A DNA stretch of 57,215 nucleotides, counting the filler, from Sphacelaria rigidula (lineage: Eukaryota): NCBI GenBank assembly GCA_964200075.2. It is 7 parts of 7 records of this genome, joined end to end, with 100 filler letters (N's around TTAATTAATTAA, not from the genome) between each part and the next. Parts side by side here need not be neighbours in the genome. Positions count along the whole stretch, not along the records: positions 1 to 8,088 come from CAXNAA020012345.1; positions 8,189 to 16,276 come from CAXNAA020012346.1; 5 more parts are not named here. One strand, written 5' to 3'. A program made the translations under genes and the position numbers. This document shows, in pieces, positions 1 to 13,900 of the stretch. Below the pieces are notes generated by a model, which was given only the letters and a program-made list of their open reading frames with translations, was not told the origin of the DNA and made no database searches. Every line of letters starts with the position of its first letter. The stretch's first letter is position 1.

Positions 1-62
1 AAATCGGACATCGTTAAGGGCTCGTACAAACATAACGATACAGACTTATGGGACAGAGGAAG
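1..62. mobile_element. Right terminus of a Stowaway-like (Tc1/mariner) MITE, cut by the contig start
   Basis: Ends ...ACTTATGGGACAGAGGAAG followed by TA, matching the right TIR of the complete element at 45128-45406. It abuts a (TA)n run at 63-82. Confidence 0.75.
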
Positions 63-109
63 TATATATATATATATATATACGAGCACAACACTGAAGC
101 TCTGTCACA

Positions 110-3100
110 GCGCAGGGATGATATACAGACCGCAGGCCGCATGTGGCGGTAAATATATACTTTGCATAACAAAGAAACAGAAGGGCATAACACAGTCAGG
201 GATGCGAATTGCTCACGAAAAATATGGGAAATTTCCCCTCAAAGTGTCCCGGCTCTTCCTGATGAAAAAATATAGCTAGCCAGTCAGAAACAGAGGATCC
301 GTCTGGTCGGTTCCAAGAGATCCCCGGAAGACCTTCTGCGCAGATCACACACACTGCCGCAGGTTCATTGCTCATGGGTGTACTGGTGATTCATTTTTCA
401 AGTGAAGAATATTCCGATGCAGATGAACCACGCTGGAGGTGACCACTTGTACAAAGCCGAATTAAAACAGAGAGTACAACAACAGTAGTATCATGCAGTA
501 CAAAAGCTGTTTGGTACAGTACAGTGCAGTGTTGTCTCACCTCTCCCCCGCTGCTTTCTTTCTCTTCTTCAACGGGTACCACGAATGATCACATTACACG
601 AAACCTTTGAAAAGCGTTGAACCTGTGAGCTTCTACGGTGGGTCGTCTGGGCCTTGCGTCCATCTTTCACGTCAAAATTGTGCCAATGCGCAACAGATGA
701 CTCGCCCTGGAGGTGGTTGTAAATCGATGGGCAAAGCCGAACAAGATACAGTACATTACAGGGCAATGCAGTACAGTACAGTTTAGTAGAGTGTTGTCTC
801 CTCTCTCTCCCTCCGTGCGTTCCTTCTCATTGCTCCCATTACCTATGGCTATCACCATGAACCAGATTACAAGAAACCTTTGGACAGTGTGAACTCGTCC
901 TGCCTCCGGCTCTGAAAGTGAGCCCTTGGGCCTCCACGGTGGGTAATCTGGGTCCCGTTCATATGTCGAGTCAAATCATGCTAATTCAGTATATGCGAAC
1001 GCAACACTCAAGTTTCGTGCTAGGGTAGGGATGATGTACAGACGGCAGGCCGCATGTGGCGGTAAAGGTGGACTCTTCATAACCAAGAAACAGAATAGCA
1101 CAAGACAGTACCCATGGTGTTGTCTGTTTCAGTACACGCCACGCTCTCTAACGTGGGTAGAGCGGCTGGGTATACGAGCCGCAAAGCTCCTCTGCTACCA
1201 ACTTGCCGGAGTACATTACACACGGACATACTTTCATGCACCGAAAAAAGTTACTCCAGCTCAGACCTCTCCTCCCTCCTTTGCCTCCCCCGTCCCGTCT
1301 GCGTGTTTTCCCTTCATTTGCTCTTGTCGGGAACGGTGGTTTGTTGGGGAGAGTCCATCGATAGACCGGCTAAATCAGAGACGACCTCGTCGACCACGAG
1401 TGCGATTCGAGCGCTATTTTTTGCGTTGTATGATTCAAATCACAATGCATGTTTCGCTAACCTCGCTTCCGGGAACGTCTCGCGCTCGGCACACCACGGC
1501 AAGAGGTGTTCTTCTGCAAAGTTTCAGCGAACGCTACGATATGAGAAGAAAGGAAGTTAACTTGCAATGCGTGTCATAGATGTGGACGTGTATGTGGTGC
1601 CTGAACAGGGAGGGCGTCGCTTGAACTCATGATTTGCTCGTTCTCATGTAGTGTTTAACCAAGTATATCCACATGAAAGAAAAGAAACGAGTATGAGTTG
1701 TCTTCGGTCGGTAAAATTTCGTCCAGCAGTTCAGACAAAATTGGGGGGCTAACACGCCCTCGATCCGCGTCCTTGACAGTCACCATGATGCTGGTTATGT
1801 TCCAGTACACACCACACTTTCTAACTTGAGTCACCGGCTGGGTGCACAAGCAGCAGCGCTCCTGTTCATAATCTGTGCATGTTCACAAGTCCGTATGTTG
1901 GCTGTAGCAACCCGGGCATATGGAACATAAAGTACGTATATTTTATTCCGAGTGGTTCCACGGTAGGGCTGCATACTTTTTCCGAACACGTGCACTGTCG
2001 GCGCATCCGAATGAAGTATACAATCAACAGTATTCAGTATCTCTCACCTGCTAACTCGTATGGCCCTGGCATAATGTGCATATTCACAAGTCCGTATGTT
2101 GACTGCTGACTGTAGCAGCTTTATGAAATACATATATTTTTTGGCGCTGCACACATACATGGCATCATGACTAATCTTCATGACCCGTGTGATTCGTATA
2201 TATCTGTTTGATGATGATCTGTATGACCCGAGTATCCGTACAAACCTACCACGAGTGATTTGTATGATCTGTTAATCCGTGTATCACCTCCTTGAGCACA
2301 CCTATGTAAACCGAATTAAGTGTACACGAAACGTCAAGAAGAACCTGTCTATCCTTATAACTCGTACAAGATACCTCCCTCGTGATCGATGATATCCGGA
2401 TCAAGGACCGTTCCTAAACGAGTTGCACTGTATCATCCGAATCGGATACACAAGTGTCTTCACACTTCAGCTGTATGACCTGCGTTCTATAAAAAGTGAT
2501 CCGTCCGACGTGTGATACATTGACACACTTTCAGGCACAACAACGAAGTGACTTCGAGTCAGACTTCGCCCATTTTGCTCCGCCCCCGTCCCGTCTAGGT
2601 GGTTTTACTTCACTTTCTATATGTTGTTAACCCTTTTGGAACTCACAATGGAAAATTGATCATTTGCAATTGACGCCTTTTGAGCAAGATATGGTTGATG
2701 GTTAATAGCTTAGACGCAACAATTTTGGCCAAACGCGTATTTTTCAGATCCGTACGAGTGACAAGTGGAACAAGAGAAGGTTTCCTATTTTCTTGCTGCG
2801 ATCCGTCGGCTTTTCTTTCTACACTCATGAGGTCCTTGCTCGGCCACAGTGCGCGGCAGGCCTCTGTGAAGCATGCTTCCGGCCTGACCTGCACGCCCTG
2901 CCCGCTGCAGGGTATACTCTTTGCAGTGTCATAGCAACAAGGGCAACACCGATGGCACATTCGCTAAATGTATGAACTGGCGGTATGCAATCCCAGGCAA
3001 TCACCTTTCCGTGCCGCCGGGGGTGCTGCGACACTGCCCTGTACAGTATTGGGTGTGTTTACAGCAGTTTGGGGTAATCTCGACTGCAGACTCACGTCAT

Positions 3101-4470
3101 GCACAACATCGCGCTCATGCACGTTCCGACAGCACCATCCCGCCCTGTGAAAAATGGGTGAAAGCGACGCAGACCCCATGTGCCCTGCAGTTATGCACCG
3201 TCACTGTGGTGTAGAGTCTGCCAAGTGCCGTCGCCCCAGGGGTAATACCTTACTGCTTCGTGTCATGTCTGTATTGTATTTTGAAAACATCTCTGTAAAA
3301 CGCGGGGCATGCACAGAACTGCGCTCTGCCAAGTACGTGCCGACAACATCATACTTCTGGCTGGCTATTACACAACGGCGTAGCAAAAGGCACAGTTGCC
3401 CCACCACATCTATACCGCGGGTTGATCGTTCCCGACCGTTGCATAGACATACTTCGTGCTGCATGAGATTCATGACGCCGGCTACCGCTATCGTCTCGTG
3501 CCGTCTACTCTCGTGGCCGACTTTATACGACATGCCCATATTTATCTTGCACGAAGTGTAGCCGCAAGTCAATACTGTAACCTACTGTATTTACTGACTG
3601 TAATGTTTTTCATCTGGCCTGTTCGGACGCCTGCGATTACACCCGCCATGTATCGCCCGCACAACCCACTGTGCCTTCCACGTGTGGTGACGGGATTTCG
3701 CTGGGTTCAGCCATACTGTGCTGTATGTACGATGTGGCTTGGCAAACTCGCCACCCGATGCTGCAGCCCGTCAAAGCGGTGCTTCCCTTATGTACAAATG
3801 GTAATATACAAACGTGCCAGGTTGGACCCTATAGCCCATTGCTGTTTTTTTAATGGAATGTTTCATAGTGGTTTTGCTGATTATTGTCGATGGATACGAT
3901 TGGACACACTTTATCCGTTGCGTGGTATGATTCGACAAACCTTACCCAAATTCTCCAGGGAGGACATTCTTCTCCGGGCTTCCATTATAAAAATGGTTGC
4001 CGTCAGCCTATTCTGTTCCCATGTTTTCCTCTTCGTCAGGGCTTCTCATAATAAGGCGTTTGACCCGGGGACAGGAGGGGAGGGTCCCAAAAGGGTTAAT
4101 TGAGGTGGCTTCTTCAGGAGAGAGTCCATTGATAGGCCGGCTGAATCACCCCTGTTCTCGTCGACCACGAGTGCGATTCGGGCGTAGTTATTTGCGTTGT
4201 GTGCTTCAAATCCCACTGCATATCTCGGCACACCAGACTTTTTTTTTTTTGCATATTTTCAGGGAACAATTGTACAGTAGACAACTGAAGAAAGGATTGA
4301 CTTCAGACGTGTGTGTCAGGGGTCTGGAGGTGTATGTAGATTGTGAACCGAGAGGGTGGCACCTGAACGCACGATTGGCTCATGCTAAGGATCCACTTTT
4401 AACTCAATTGTATCCACATGAAAAACAAGGAAACGGAGAAAAGACAACAGAAGTTGTCTACGGTCGAACA
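110..4470. repeat. Patchwork of degenerate local direct duplications
   Basis: Pairs aligned by eye: about 112-208 with 1026-1110; 430-660 with 705-960; 1345-1710 with 4115-4465; 1868-1908 with 2070-2118. Confidence 0.7.
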
Positions 4471-4781
4471 CATATACTGTATTCGAAGAGCCCGGACACT
4501 TCTCGGGAGCCAACACCCCCCCCGATTCGTACCCTTAACCTTAGTACAGAAGACGGATACGAAATGCAACAACGCCTCCTGAATACACTACTGTGCTGTA
4601 CTACGTGCTGTTTTGAAGAGCTGCTTGCACGGCAACAAGCCTGCTACGTACTGCACTGCAATAGTGCAACAACCGAAATGTCGCCTGTGCCGTGGCGTAC
4701 TCTTGTACTGACAGCAAGAACACATGGATACTCATGACTCTGCATGCCGTAGTTAGAAGACACCCATGGGGGGGGATTCAC

Positions 4782-5017
4782 CTTATGCCGAGGTCCTGGA
4801 AATATGAAGAGAGCACGGGCACTAACAGCGCCACGCTCAACATGTCAATCATCACCAAAATCTTGATCACGGTCATCACCGGCCACCTGGTCTCGACGAC
4901 TCCGTTACTGTCATGTAACGGTTGCTGCTCCCGCTGCTCCGCCTCCATGACATTTCCCGCGGGTGTATCTTCCTCCAACTGTGGCGCAACGTGAGTTATC
5001 TTTGAAGTACTTTCCAT
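4782..5017 (-). CDS. First coding exon of a major facilitator superfamily (DHA1/TetA/MFSD9-like) transporter; later exons not identified
   Basis: ATG at 5017, then a hydrophilic N-terminus and IKILVMIDMLSVALLVPVLSSYFQDLGI, which fits the MFS TM1 pattern (lD..g..lvPvl..y...lG). It ends at the donor AG|GTGAAT (4782/4781). Confidence 0.55.
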
Positions 5018-5598
5018 CACAGCACTTACACTGTGCGGTGATGGGGGTAGTGTACTGTGCTTCTGCAGCCCGCGGGTTCCTCCCGTGTGTACGCGTAGGT
5101 TAGGGGGTAAGGTAGAGTATTTCTAATTTTTGTTGTACTCACATTCGCTTACCTGTCGTCACTCATGCCCGTGATAAAAATAGGAAAGGCGAGTTCTCTC
5201 ATACCGTACAGTGCGAATTGTAGCCCATACATGCTCGTCCTCGCCTCACCTCGTTCTCCGAAAAAACCTCTGATGATAAATATCTGAATGACTTTATTTC
5301 CCCAAATGAGTACGCCCCCCCCCCCCCCCCTCGGATGACCTCGATTGACGAGTCGCGCCTCGGTCACGCCCAGGGCACATGGGAAATGACCATGGTTACT
5401 GGTTCAAAACGTGTGGTCGTCGTGTCGAGATCTTGATGCTCATCGTGTGAGGATAGCAATGCTGCAAGTAGAGGATGGCAGTGGCTGGCTGCCAATCATT
5501 TTGTCCACACTGAGACTTTTTCGCAGAGGAGCACCGAGAAATTCGGGAGAGGGTTGTAATAGATCCGAAGCGAGCCATGTCTTCGATGTTCGGCGTGT

Positions 5599-6198
5599 GC
5601 GCGAACACTCGGTGGCGCGTGCTTCGGCATGTGCTTATCATGAAACCGTTTCTTGAAACGGCGCGTCAGTATTCAGAGAATAGTTGACACTGCGCAGTCG
5701 ATCAGAGCGCTATCGAATGAAACCTTGTAATCGGGTTGAGCTACGCAGCATCGCTTTTGTCAGAGTCAGGAAGCACATCCATCCACGGCTGAGCACGGGT
5801 TCATTGGCAGGGCAGCGAGGCTCTAGTGGACTGGATTTCTGTAGTGGACTGGATAGACGTTTTGAAACCACTGAGACATTCTCGATACGTGCCGCACTGT
5901 AGTCTATTCTCACGACGTGGGGTGGACGCGAATACTAGGTGGCGCGTGCTTCGGCATGTACTTCTCATGAAACCGTTTCGTGGAACGGCGCGTCAGTATT
6001 TAGATAATAGTTGACACTGCGCATTAAGTCAATTAGATAGCGCCATCGAACAAAACCTTGTCGCCGGGTTGAGCTACGCAGCATCGCTCCCATCAGGGTC
6101 GGAAAGCACATCCACGACTGGGCATGAGTTAATTGGCAGGGCAGCGAGGCTCTAGAGGACTGCATAGATATCTGGAACCACTGAGACATTCTCGATAC
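5599..6198. repeat. Two-copy tandem duplication, period about 330 bp
   Basis: GGTGGCGCGTGCTTCGGCATG...GAAACCGTTTC...GGCAGGGCAGCGAGGCTCTAG...ACCACTGAGACATTCTCGATAC occurs at about 5599-5888 and 5927-6198. Confidence 0.9.
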
Positions 6199-8088
6199 AA
6201 AAAACGTAAGAAGATATCCCTCGCCACGTCGTGAGAACATACTACAGATAGTCAGTATATAGTACGTATAACGTAAGGTCCCAGAGATCGGGTAAAATCA
6301 ATGACACTCCCCAACTTGCGATTGATCTCGGCGCAACCGTCGTTGCTCGCATGTGCGTGTGCGAGAACAGGAGCGGTGACGAGAAAATCGCCCTGTTATT
6401 CGACGACTTGCTCTGCAGCGCACAGAGGCACGTCCTGTCCAAGAAGCGAAACAGAAAGGTATTCATCTTTGCCTTGGTCACCGTCACAGACAAGAATCCC
6501 GATCTTGTTTGGGGGGCTGTGCCACGAAGACCGGCCTGCCGGCACAAGGAAAATTGGGTATGTGCTGGTAACACTATGTCAATTTCTTCAGCAATTGGGA
6601 ATCGCCGAACGAGGACATACGCAGGACAAGGGCGGGGAGCTGCCTCTCTGCCGTTGACTCTGTGGCGTTTTCGTCATCGACACGCGTGTACACCGCATTC
6701 ATTTGGTGCAGCTAGCCACACCTGTTTGACTGCGACAGAAACGTTTTTTGCAAAAATGCTTAATTTCCCTCGGCAATATACTGTGTTTCACCCCAAACCA
6801 GGATTTTTGGACGGACACTCGAACCCGATTTGAGTTTTGAACCTCATTTTTCACAATCCTCTGTTTACGGGAGCATAAATCATCTGGGTTCGTTTGTCGC
6901 GGTCTGTTTACCACTCCGTGGTTTGAAAAATATTCTCGATAATTCATGATTTTGAGGTAGCGCTAACCCCAACCTAACTGACCCAAACCTTGACCCTAGC
7001 GAGGGCATACCAAGAACCCTTGGGCAGGGGGAGTGCAAGGAGTTTCCAAGGCAAAGTGTGCGTTGATAGACCTCAATTTGGCGCCTGCGGAGTCAATTTA
7101 GAGAAACTCGTTCTATAGGAGCACAGTTCCACCAAAGATCCGAATTATCGGTGTTCGCACTCAAAACAAGGAAGACATCTTCAGCCTACCAAATGATATA
7201 CTGTACTCCACTCTACATCATCTTGGAGAGTTTCGGAGACTGATTTTTTGTACTTGAGGATCAGGGGTGAAGGAGGGGAAGCCGCTAGCTGCACAAATCC
7301 CATCTCAGCATCAACTTTTCAGGGTCGAAGCCCCATTTTCAGCCCTCCATCCTGAAGTCTGATGTGCCCCTTCAGAAGTCAGGATGGGACAAACAGGAAT
7401 TGCCATCACTCTCATCAGTCACAGCCAGTTCACTATCAATATACCCTGACACGCAAAGTGGGAGATCCATCACATCTGTCACCTATATCACGATCGACCA
7501 GTCACGAAGGAGCAACGCTTCGTCAACATCGCAGACGGGGGACCTCCCTGCAGCGCCATGGTATCAGCATTCGCTTGGTTGTGTTGCGTGAAATTTAGAT
7601 GCTGGGCACGCAAATGACGTTGCCTTGGGCACAGTTCCTCGGTATTGCTAGCCTCAGTTGGAAGAAGACGGCATGAACGATCCGTCTTCTACCGCACAGA
7701 AGCAGTGCTTCGACCACCCTTCGTTTCTCTCCGGGGAACGGTGAATCACTTCTTCTCCGATGAAGTGCAGCGGATTTCGTTCGTCGTCCGCTCGTTTCGT
7801 CATCGTCGCCAGTACAAGACGCAGAGAGCAGCGTATTACGATATTGTTGCCGCGCTGGAAGATGACCATGAACATTGTGTTGATAGTTGCACACTTCCAG
7901 GATAGATGAGGGCATTGCCGTAACATCACGGGAAATGCTGCCCCGGCGTCTTGGCGTCCCTTGCCCTACCCAGAAATGGCAGTGGACATTATTGTCTTTT
8001 CAACGAGTACAAGCGACACTTTCTACGATAGCCCCCCCCCCCAAAAGTGCATGGTTTGGGGAGGCAAAATCTTCACGTGAATCGAAAT

Positions 8089-8188
8089 NNNNNNNNNNNN
8101 NNNNNNNNNNNNNNNNNNNNNNNNNNNNNNNNTTAATTAATTAANNNNNNNNNNNNNNNNNNNNNNNNNNNNNNNNNNNNNNNNNNNN
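8089..8188. other. Artificial contig-joining spacer
   Basis: 44 N + TTAATTAATTAA (stop codons in all six frames) + 44 N. Confidence 0.98.
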
Positions 8189-8327
8189 TTGTGCAACCAC
8201 GTCGTAGAAAGAGTTTTGTGTTTCGAAAAAAACCGCCAACGAATGCAAAAAAACAATCGAAAATCAAATCAGAGACCGTTAAGGGCTCATATAAACATAA
8301 CGGACTTTACTTATGGGACAGAGGAAG
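8189..8327. mobile_element. Right part of a Stowaway-like MITE, cut by the contig start
   Basis: Ends CGTTAAGGGCTCATATAAA...TTTACTTATGGGACAGAGGAAG|TA, the same terminus as 1-62 and 45406. Confidence 0.75.
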
Positions 8328-9172
8328 TACGACCTCCTTAGTACATCATGGAGTGAAAAATGCTCGTGATTGGCTGGCACACTCGAGTCACATCCATGGT
8401 GTACGTGCTACGGCACAGGTGTGGGCAGTAGCGCCGGAACGTAAAGAGCAGCGGCAGAGAAATGTAGCTGCAAGCAGACAACCAGAGAGCGAGTGGTACA
8501 TTGCCGTCGGAGGGGGTTATTGCGATGCTCATGAATCGGTATATCCCCAACTTAGTACGGCTCGTTATGTCTTTCCATGACCGCCAGCGCTGGCAGCGGA
8601 TGCCATGCTGACGGGTGCAAGCAGTATCCTGGCGGTGCAGTATATCCGTCTCATGATGTGGGTTGCTTTCTTCATCGGAGCACGGGGTATGGCCCAGCCT
8701 GTCGAGTGGTGTATACCGGCGCTGGTTGTGTCTTCACCCGGCCATGTCCGGTATCAGGCAAATGATGGGCATTTTATGGGTGACATGAAGTTTCAACAGA
8801 CAACAGTAAAGTGTGTAGACATCACTACGTCCCGATTAATACTATAGTTTGTAGAGACGGAACACAGCAATACAGCAGCTCAGACCATCTCACCGGAGAC
8901 CAAGTTGTCATCACAAGGTTCAAACACACCACGAAACAGTGGAAGCTGCAGCACATGAGAGCAGACGTGAGTGCATTTGTGCCACGTTACAGTGCAACCG
9001 GGCATGTCCCATGTCATTTATTCGCCTGATTTGAAACGGGTTCTCATCGTTTGCCATGTGCCGATCTTGAACGCTCGACCACAGTCGCGCTTCGCGCAAA
9101 TAGATTAATTCGCAACGAAATCATCCTCACGTACGGGTCCTGTGCCATTAATTCATCAAGTACTGAAAGTTA

Positions 9173-9478
9173 GTGTGTGTTGTCGTCCCGTCTATGCTGG
9201 ACGCCGGTCTACAACTTTCGGCATATGTGGGCGCACTAGCCGGGGTCACACAGGAGGAAGGTCAACACAGGAGTTTTTTCTTTCAATTTCTCTTCACTAC
9301 CCCACCCTTCTACAGTGCTCGCCTTTTTTTTTTATCGCGAGAGGGGTCCAGCAATCCCTTTCCCTCGTCGTNNNNNNNNGTTGGGCATGGTGTGAGAAAA
9401 ATCCCAGATCGCCCCGAGGATTGAACCCACGACCCAACCGTCAGAAGGTTTCGAGTTTACCACTGAGCCACCGGGGCG
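9173..9478 (-). mobile_element. tRNA-derived SINE copy (8-N gap at 9372-9379)
   Basis: The minus-strand head GCCCCGGTGGCTCAGTGG (A box)...GGTTCAATCC (B box) is followed by a body shared with 44726-45073 and 16377-16612, and a (CA)-rich tail. Confidence 0.85.
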
Positions 9479-10984
9479 ACCGGTACCTAGTATCAATCAA
9501 TTACTCGATACAGTCGACGCCATTCAACACTTGGAGACAATGTGGGCCAAGTGTCGGCAATGTAAAATCCCGATAGAATATAATTGCAGGTTAGACCGAC
9601 TGTCATGGGAGCGTTTAGAATATTATTATGAAATGATTTCAACACTTTATTCCTTCTTTGCCGTAGTTGCGTACTTTGTCCCCGTTCACCATGATAAAGA
9701 AAAAAAAACTCGTCTGGTGTTGTTGCAAAATAAAATTTCAAACACTCCCACAAGAGTTGGCCTTACCCTTGGGTTACCTTGTCATTCTGTTTCTTTTGTC
9801 TCAGCTCCACCAAATAATGGCATCATTATTTTACACCGCATGGTATTGTTTCGGGAATAAATGAAATCTCATCGCGCTCACGCACTTTCATTCCTCGACG
9901 ATAGAAGTGATTGTTGAGAGTAATTTAATTATTCATGTGGGGACGAACACGAGCAGGTTCAGCGCCGCACACCTTCCTCTGGAGCGTCAGGTACCATTTC
10001 CAGCGATGCTTCCCTCGAGTGTGAAATAAGGTATAGCTGGTAATCGAGACATCCCAGGCGAGTCGACATGTCAAGAGAGACAGATACGCGACACAAAAAA
10101 TCACGCCGCCAAATCAGTCTTTGCAACCGAGACTCCACTTTTGGGAATCCGCATTTGCAGTACACTTGGAACGTCTGTCATATTCCCAACCATTTCTAGA
10201 GGTCGTGTAAATGCACACCGACTTCGGCAGAGGTACCGTTCCACAACCGGCGTACCACGGGATTTTGCTGCCGTAATAGGCAATAGAGGTGAAAATCGCG
10301 TTTCGTGCGGACATTTCCGGCAACTGCCTTTCTACTGAGCAAGAAAAACCGCCGTGAAAGTTGCAACGGTGAAGGCACAGCGTGGCGAAAGTACACTACG
10401 CCGAAAAAATTTCAACGTAAGAACAGGCGAATCACCGACTGCACAAGACTGCTACAAAATTGGGTAGCCAAGCTGCACTTAAGAAGAGTGTGTACTCTCC
10501 AATCATCCTCGCCGATGCTGTAGGATAGCACCGGTACACCCGGTTTCGGTCGTGCTGTCCATGGTGCTGGCATTGCTACAAAATCGGTTGGCGTGTTTCG
10601 GGGTTTAGATACACACACTCGACCTTCCCCTTTCCAAACTCGCTCCATCTCGCTCTATGATATCTGAACCATGGATGGTGTATGATATATATGGTGTGAG
10701 ATCGGTAAAGAAGACTTCCTGGTAAGCCGAGCGCTCAAACACGTGGACGATGCCATGGCATGGCTTGGTGAAGCAAGGTTTAGGGATAGATTTGGTAACG
10801 AGGCACCCAAACATACCGTACTGGACAGCACGAAGTACGAGGTTCGACACTAACGAGAGAGCTGGGTTATGGTATGGTTGAGTTCCACAACGCACAAAGC
10901 CTTGTTCGGGGATAGCAGTCGGCCTTGGGAGAAGCCAGACGCCCAAGGCGGGTGCGGCTCTCGCCAACTTGTCGGATGAAATAG

Positions 10985-13900
10985 AGCCACACGGGGCCAA
11001 GGGCTGGTGCAGTACCGCCGCTGAGCCTCGGATGAACAACAACAGTTTTGACAGGGTATTCCGACTGGGAAGGGCGCTGAATCTACTCCCCGTGCTACGG
11101 TTGAGTAACCGAGGATTATCCCATGCCCTCTCACACTGAGACGCAAGCTTCGTACACATCACGCTGGCTCTCTCCCGCTAATCGTGATTAGTTAATAGAG
11201 CTGTCGGACTACACGAGGCCTTCCGTATGCCAAGTGCGATCAGGCCGGAATTTTGCACCTGGTTTTGGATCTAAACTCACAGCCACGGCTATGCGAACGA
11301 GCGCTGGTGCGCCGCACTTTCATCGCACCGTCCGGATACACGGTCTGAGTACGTAGATGAATGCACTACCGTGATACCTGGATCATGAATACTGAAATAT
11401 AGTTAGTACTAGCTCCGGGTCTAGAGGACAGCTGCCCAGTCGATAGATATCACTACAGAATACTGGACTATGCGCAACAAAGCTATCTCTTACCTTGTCG
11501 CCAGTGATGACACCAGTACCCAGCTGCTCGACCAGAGTAGGCATGATTGGCTGGTGGTTGAGAAAACAACAGAGAGCACGCAAATGCACCACACCGGTCA
11601 CGGCAAGAAGGTGGAGAAGGTCATCTCCGGTTGAAGCATACTCGGGATACGTAGTCATCAGTGCGTCGGATGATCATGCCGAACACGTGCTTCTATTTTT
11701 TGGCCATCTGAAAACACGTCGCGAAAGATTCATAAAGAGGGCCTGTATATGGTCAGCGTTGCCGCTGAAGAGGTTACCGAACACAAGCATGAGCCAGGGC
11801 TAGCTCTGTCTAATTCGATTCATTGCACCGCGATTTCCTCCGGCTTACCTTGGTTTTGTAACAGATAGGTTCGAAGGGTGTTGGGGAACAGATAAAAGTG
11901 CGAAGGTGAGGCGTGTGCAGACCTTGCGTGTGATGCTCTGTTGTGATGCACCGGTTGGTGACGTTGACTGCGGCGCATCGACAAGCTACACAATATTTTT
12001 TCAGTTTCACATTGTCTCACATGCTGATTTCAGCGTCCCGTTCTGTGTAGGCACACCGACGGCACATAGAGGACAACAGGACAAGTGTGGCACACCCGGC
12101 ACAGCACAGCTGGTTACTGTACATCAGCACAGACACGGGTGTAACTCTCGGCACAATACGTTGTACTTTGCCACCCACGGCGCGGTCGGTACGAGAAAGA
12201 TTGCGGCTTCATAGACGGCGTAGATACCGATCAACGCGATCATATAAAAAAAATCATAATGGGCAAGAAGTCAGCAAAGAGGGTTGCTGCTGCCGCACAT
12301 GCATCGCCGTGGCAAGACATTCGGATGCAGACCTTGGGAACTGTTGGCAGAAGATCTAGAGAACAAAAGAGGTGTGTCTGTGCCTGTGTGTATGTCCGTG
12401 CATGTGTGAAAATCTTCTGTTTTTCGCCGTTCATGGTCTCGATTTTCAGTTGTGTTGCATTTCTCACCTGTTTTCTACGGTTGTACGGCTGAGGGAGAAA
12501 GAGCCAGTGCAACAAGGTGACGGTGTATAACACCCCCAATTGATGAGTCTGTTGGGCCTTGATTCTCTGGAAATACAACACCCTTTTCTCTAGAGGAACT
12601 AAAGTCGTAAAAAACAATGACACTGTCTATCCTCTACAACGTGAATTCCGGAGGCGGGGGCATCAAACTTTTCGGCATCATTCAAGGGAAAAAATGTCAC
12701 CAACTGCAGGCCAGTGTGCGACAGCCCCGCCCCCTCCTTGTTTTAACCGTTATGCCACCGGAGCCCCCAGATGGACCCTAGATGGACACCTAAAAATGTG
12801 AAAGACGACGGCTTTGCCGATATTGATGACACCATATCACGCGAATGGGGAGTTCGGTACTCATCATTTCTGCGGAAGGGGGTGTTATCGGGCGTGAATG
12901 GGTGATATGGAAGGACACCAGATAGAACCAAGATCATCGCTAAGGACATAAGCTTATTTGAATGCACATTTCCCTAATTGTGGCAGTGAAGCACGAATTA
13001 AGCACAGATTCGTAATGTACATCCAACATCATATTTGCTCAGCTCCCCCCGGCTGATGGTAGTGCAGCCGCGGGCTTGGATGCGAGTGCTATTGGCAGTT
13101 CCCATTTCAACTTCGAGTGAGTAAGAACCATGACGGACAACATCGCGCGGTGTCTCATCATGTGTTCTGTAAAGGCGGCCCTCATTGATTCACCATCGGC
13201 GCTTCGTCGCACAACACACCGTCCGAGTAAAACACAGGCAAGCAATAACCTCTGGCCAGGTGTTATGGGGTCGACATCATCCGTCGCCTCCTTTGTCCCG
13301 CCTCTTGCACCACCGTGCCAGTGTCATTACTGGCGGACCGCTGTACTACTGCATACAAAATGTCAGCCATATCCTATGTAGGCAGCAAAGTCTTCAGTCT
13401 GTAATTCACGTCGTGCCAATCTGTAGTGATATATGGTCGCACAAATCCCGCGGGACTTTCATTACACGAGAAAATTGTACCGAAAGACGAAAACCGGTGA
13501 AAGAAGCGATTCTCGCGACAAGGCGAGGCGACTTGGATCAACCGAGAACCAAAATCAGGAACATATCATATCTGCTGGAAACGCGGACAGCGTTTTGTGG
13601 CTATCTTCGGAATTCCCGCTGGATTCCGGTGTGCAAGAAAACTTGGTGCGGAGTACTAGGAGTGCGGCAGAATCGCCGTCGGGGTGTCGTGGTGTGAGGA
13701 GTTGTTCGCAGGCAAAGCCTCGGAGTTTTATTCCCGAAGTGGCACGTCGGGTTCGGTCGTTGTGTTTGGTGAACAACAAATAGCCTGTTGAAGAATCGCT
13801 TATTCGGGTGCCGGGGTTGCTGTTGCTGGTGGTTTGGGTAGCGGCGCGCGCCGACTGCATGAGGCGCATGAAGTCTTTGGGTAGTTCGTACCCGCCTAGA

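Noticed and set aside
7347..7387. A hairpin resembling a terminator
   Set aside because: The stem is imperfect, there is no U-tract, the context is eukaryotic, and it occurs once.
8133..8144. TTAATTAATTAA recurring every 8188 bp as a periodic biological motif
   Set aside because: It is always embedded in N44 on both sides and is an assembly linker.
9410..9478. A functional tRNA gene
   Set aside because: The 3' T-stem and acceptor segment is too short, and the head is fused to a SINE body found in three copies.
11383..11658. A P-type ATPase fragment (LLAVTGV...TGDK)
   Set aside because: The EDKLQ motif is missing, and the middle of the ORF is a polypyrimidine acceptor tract. Only 11494-11550 looks exonic, and it fits the SNF2 remnant order better.
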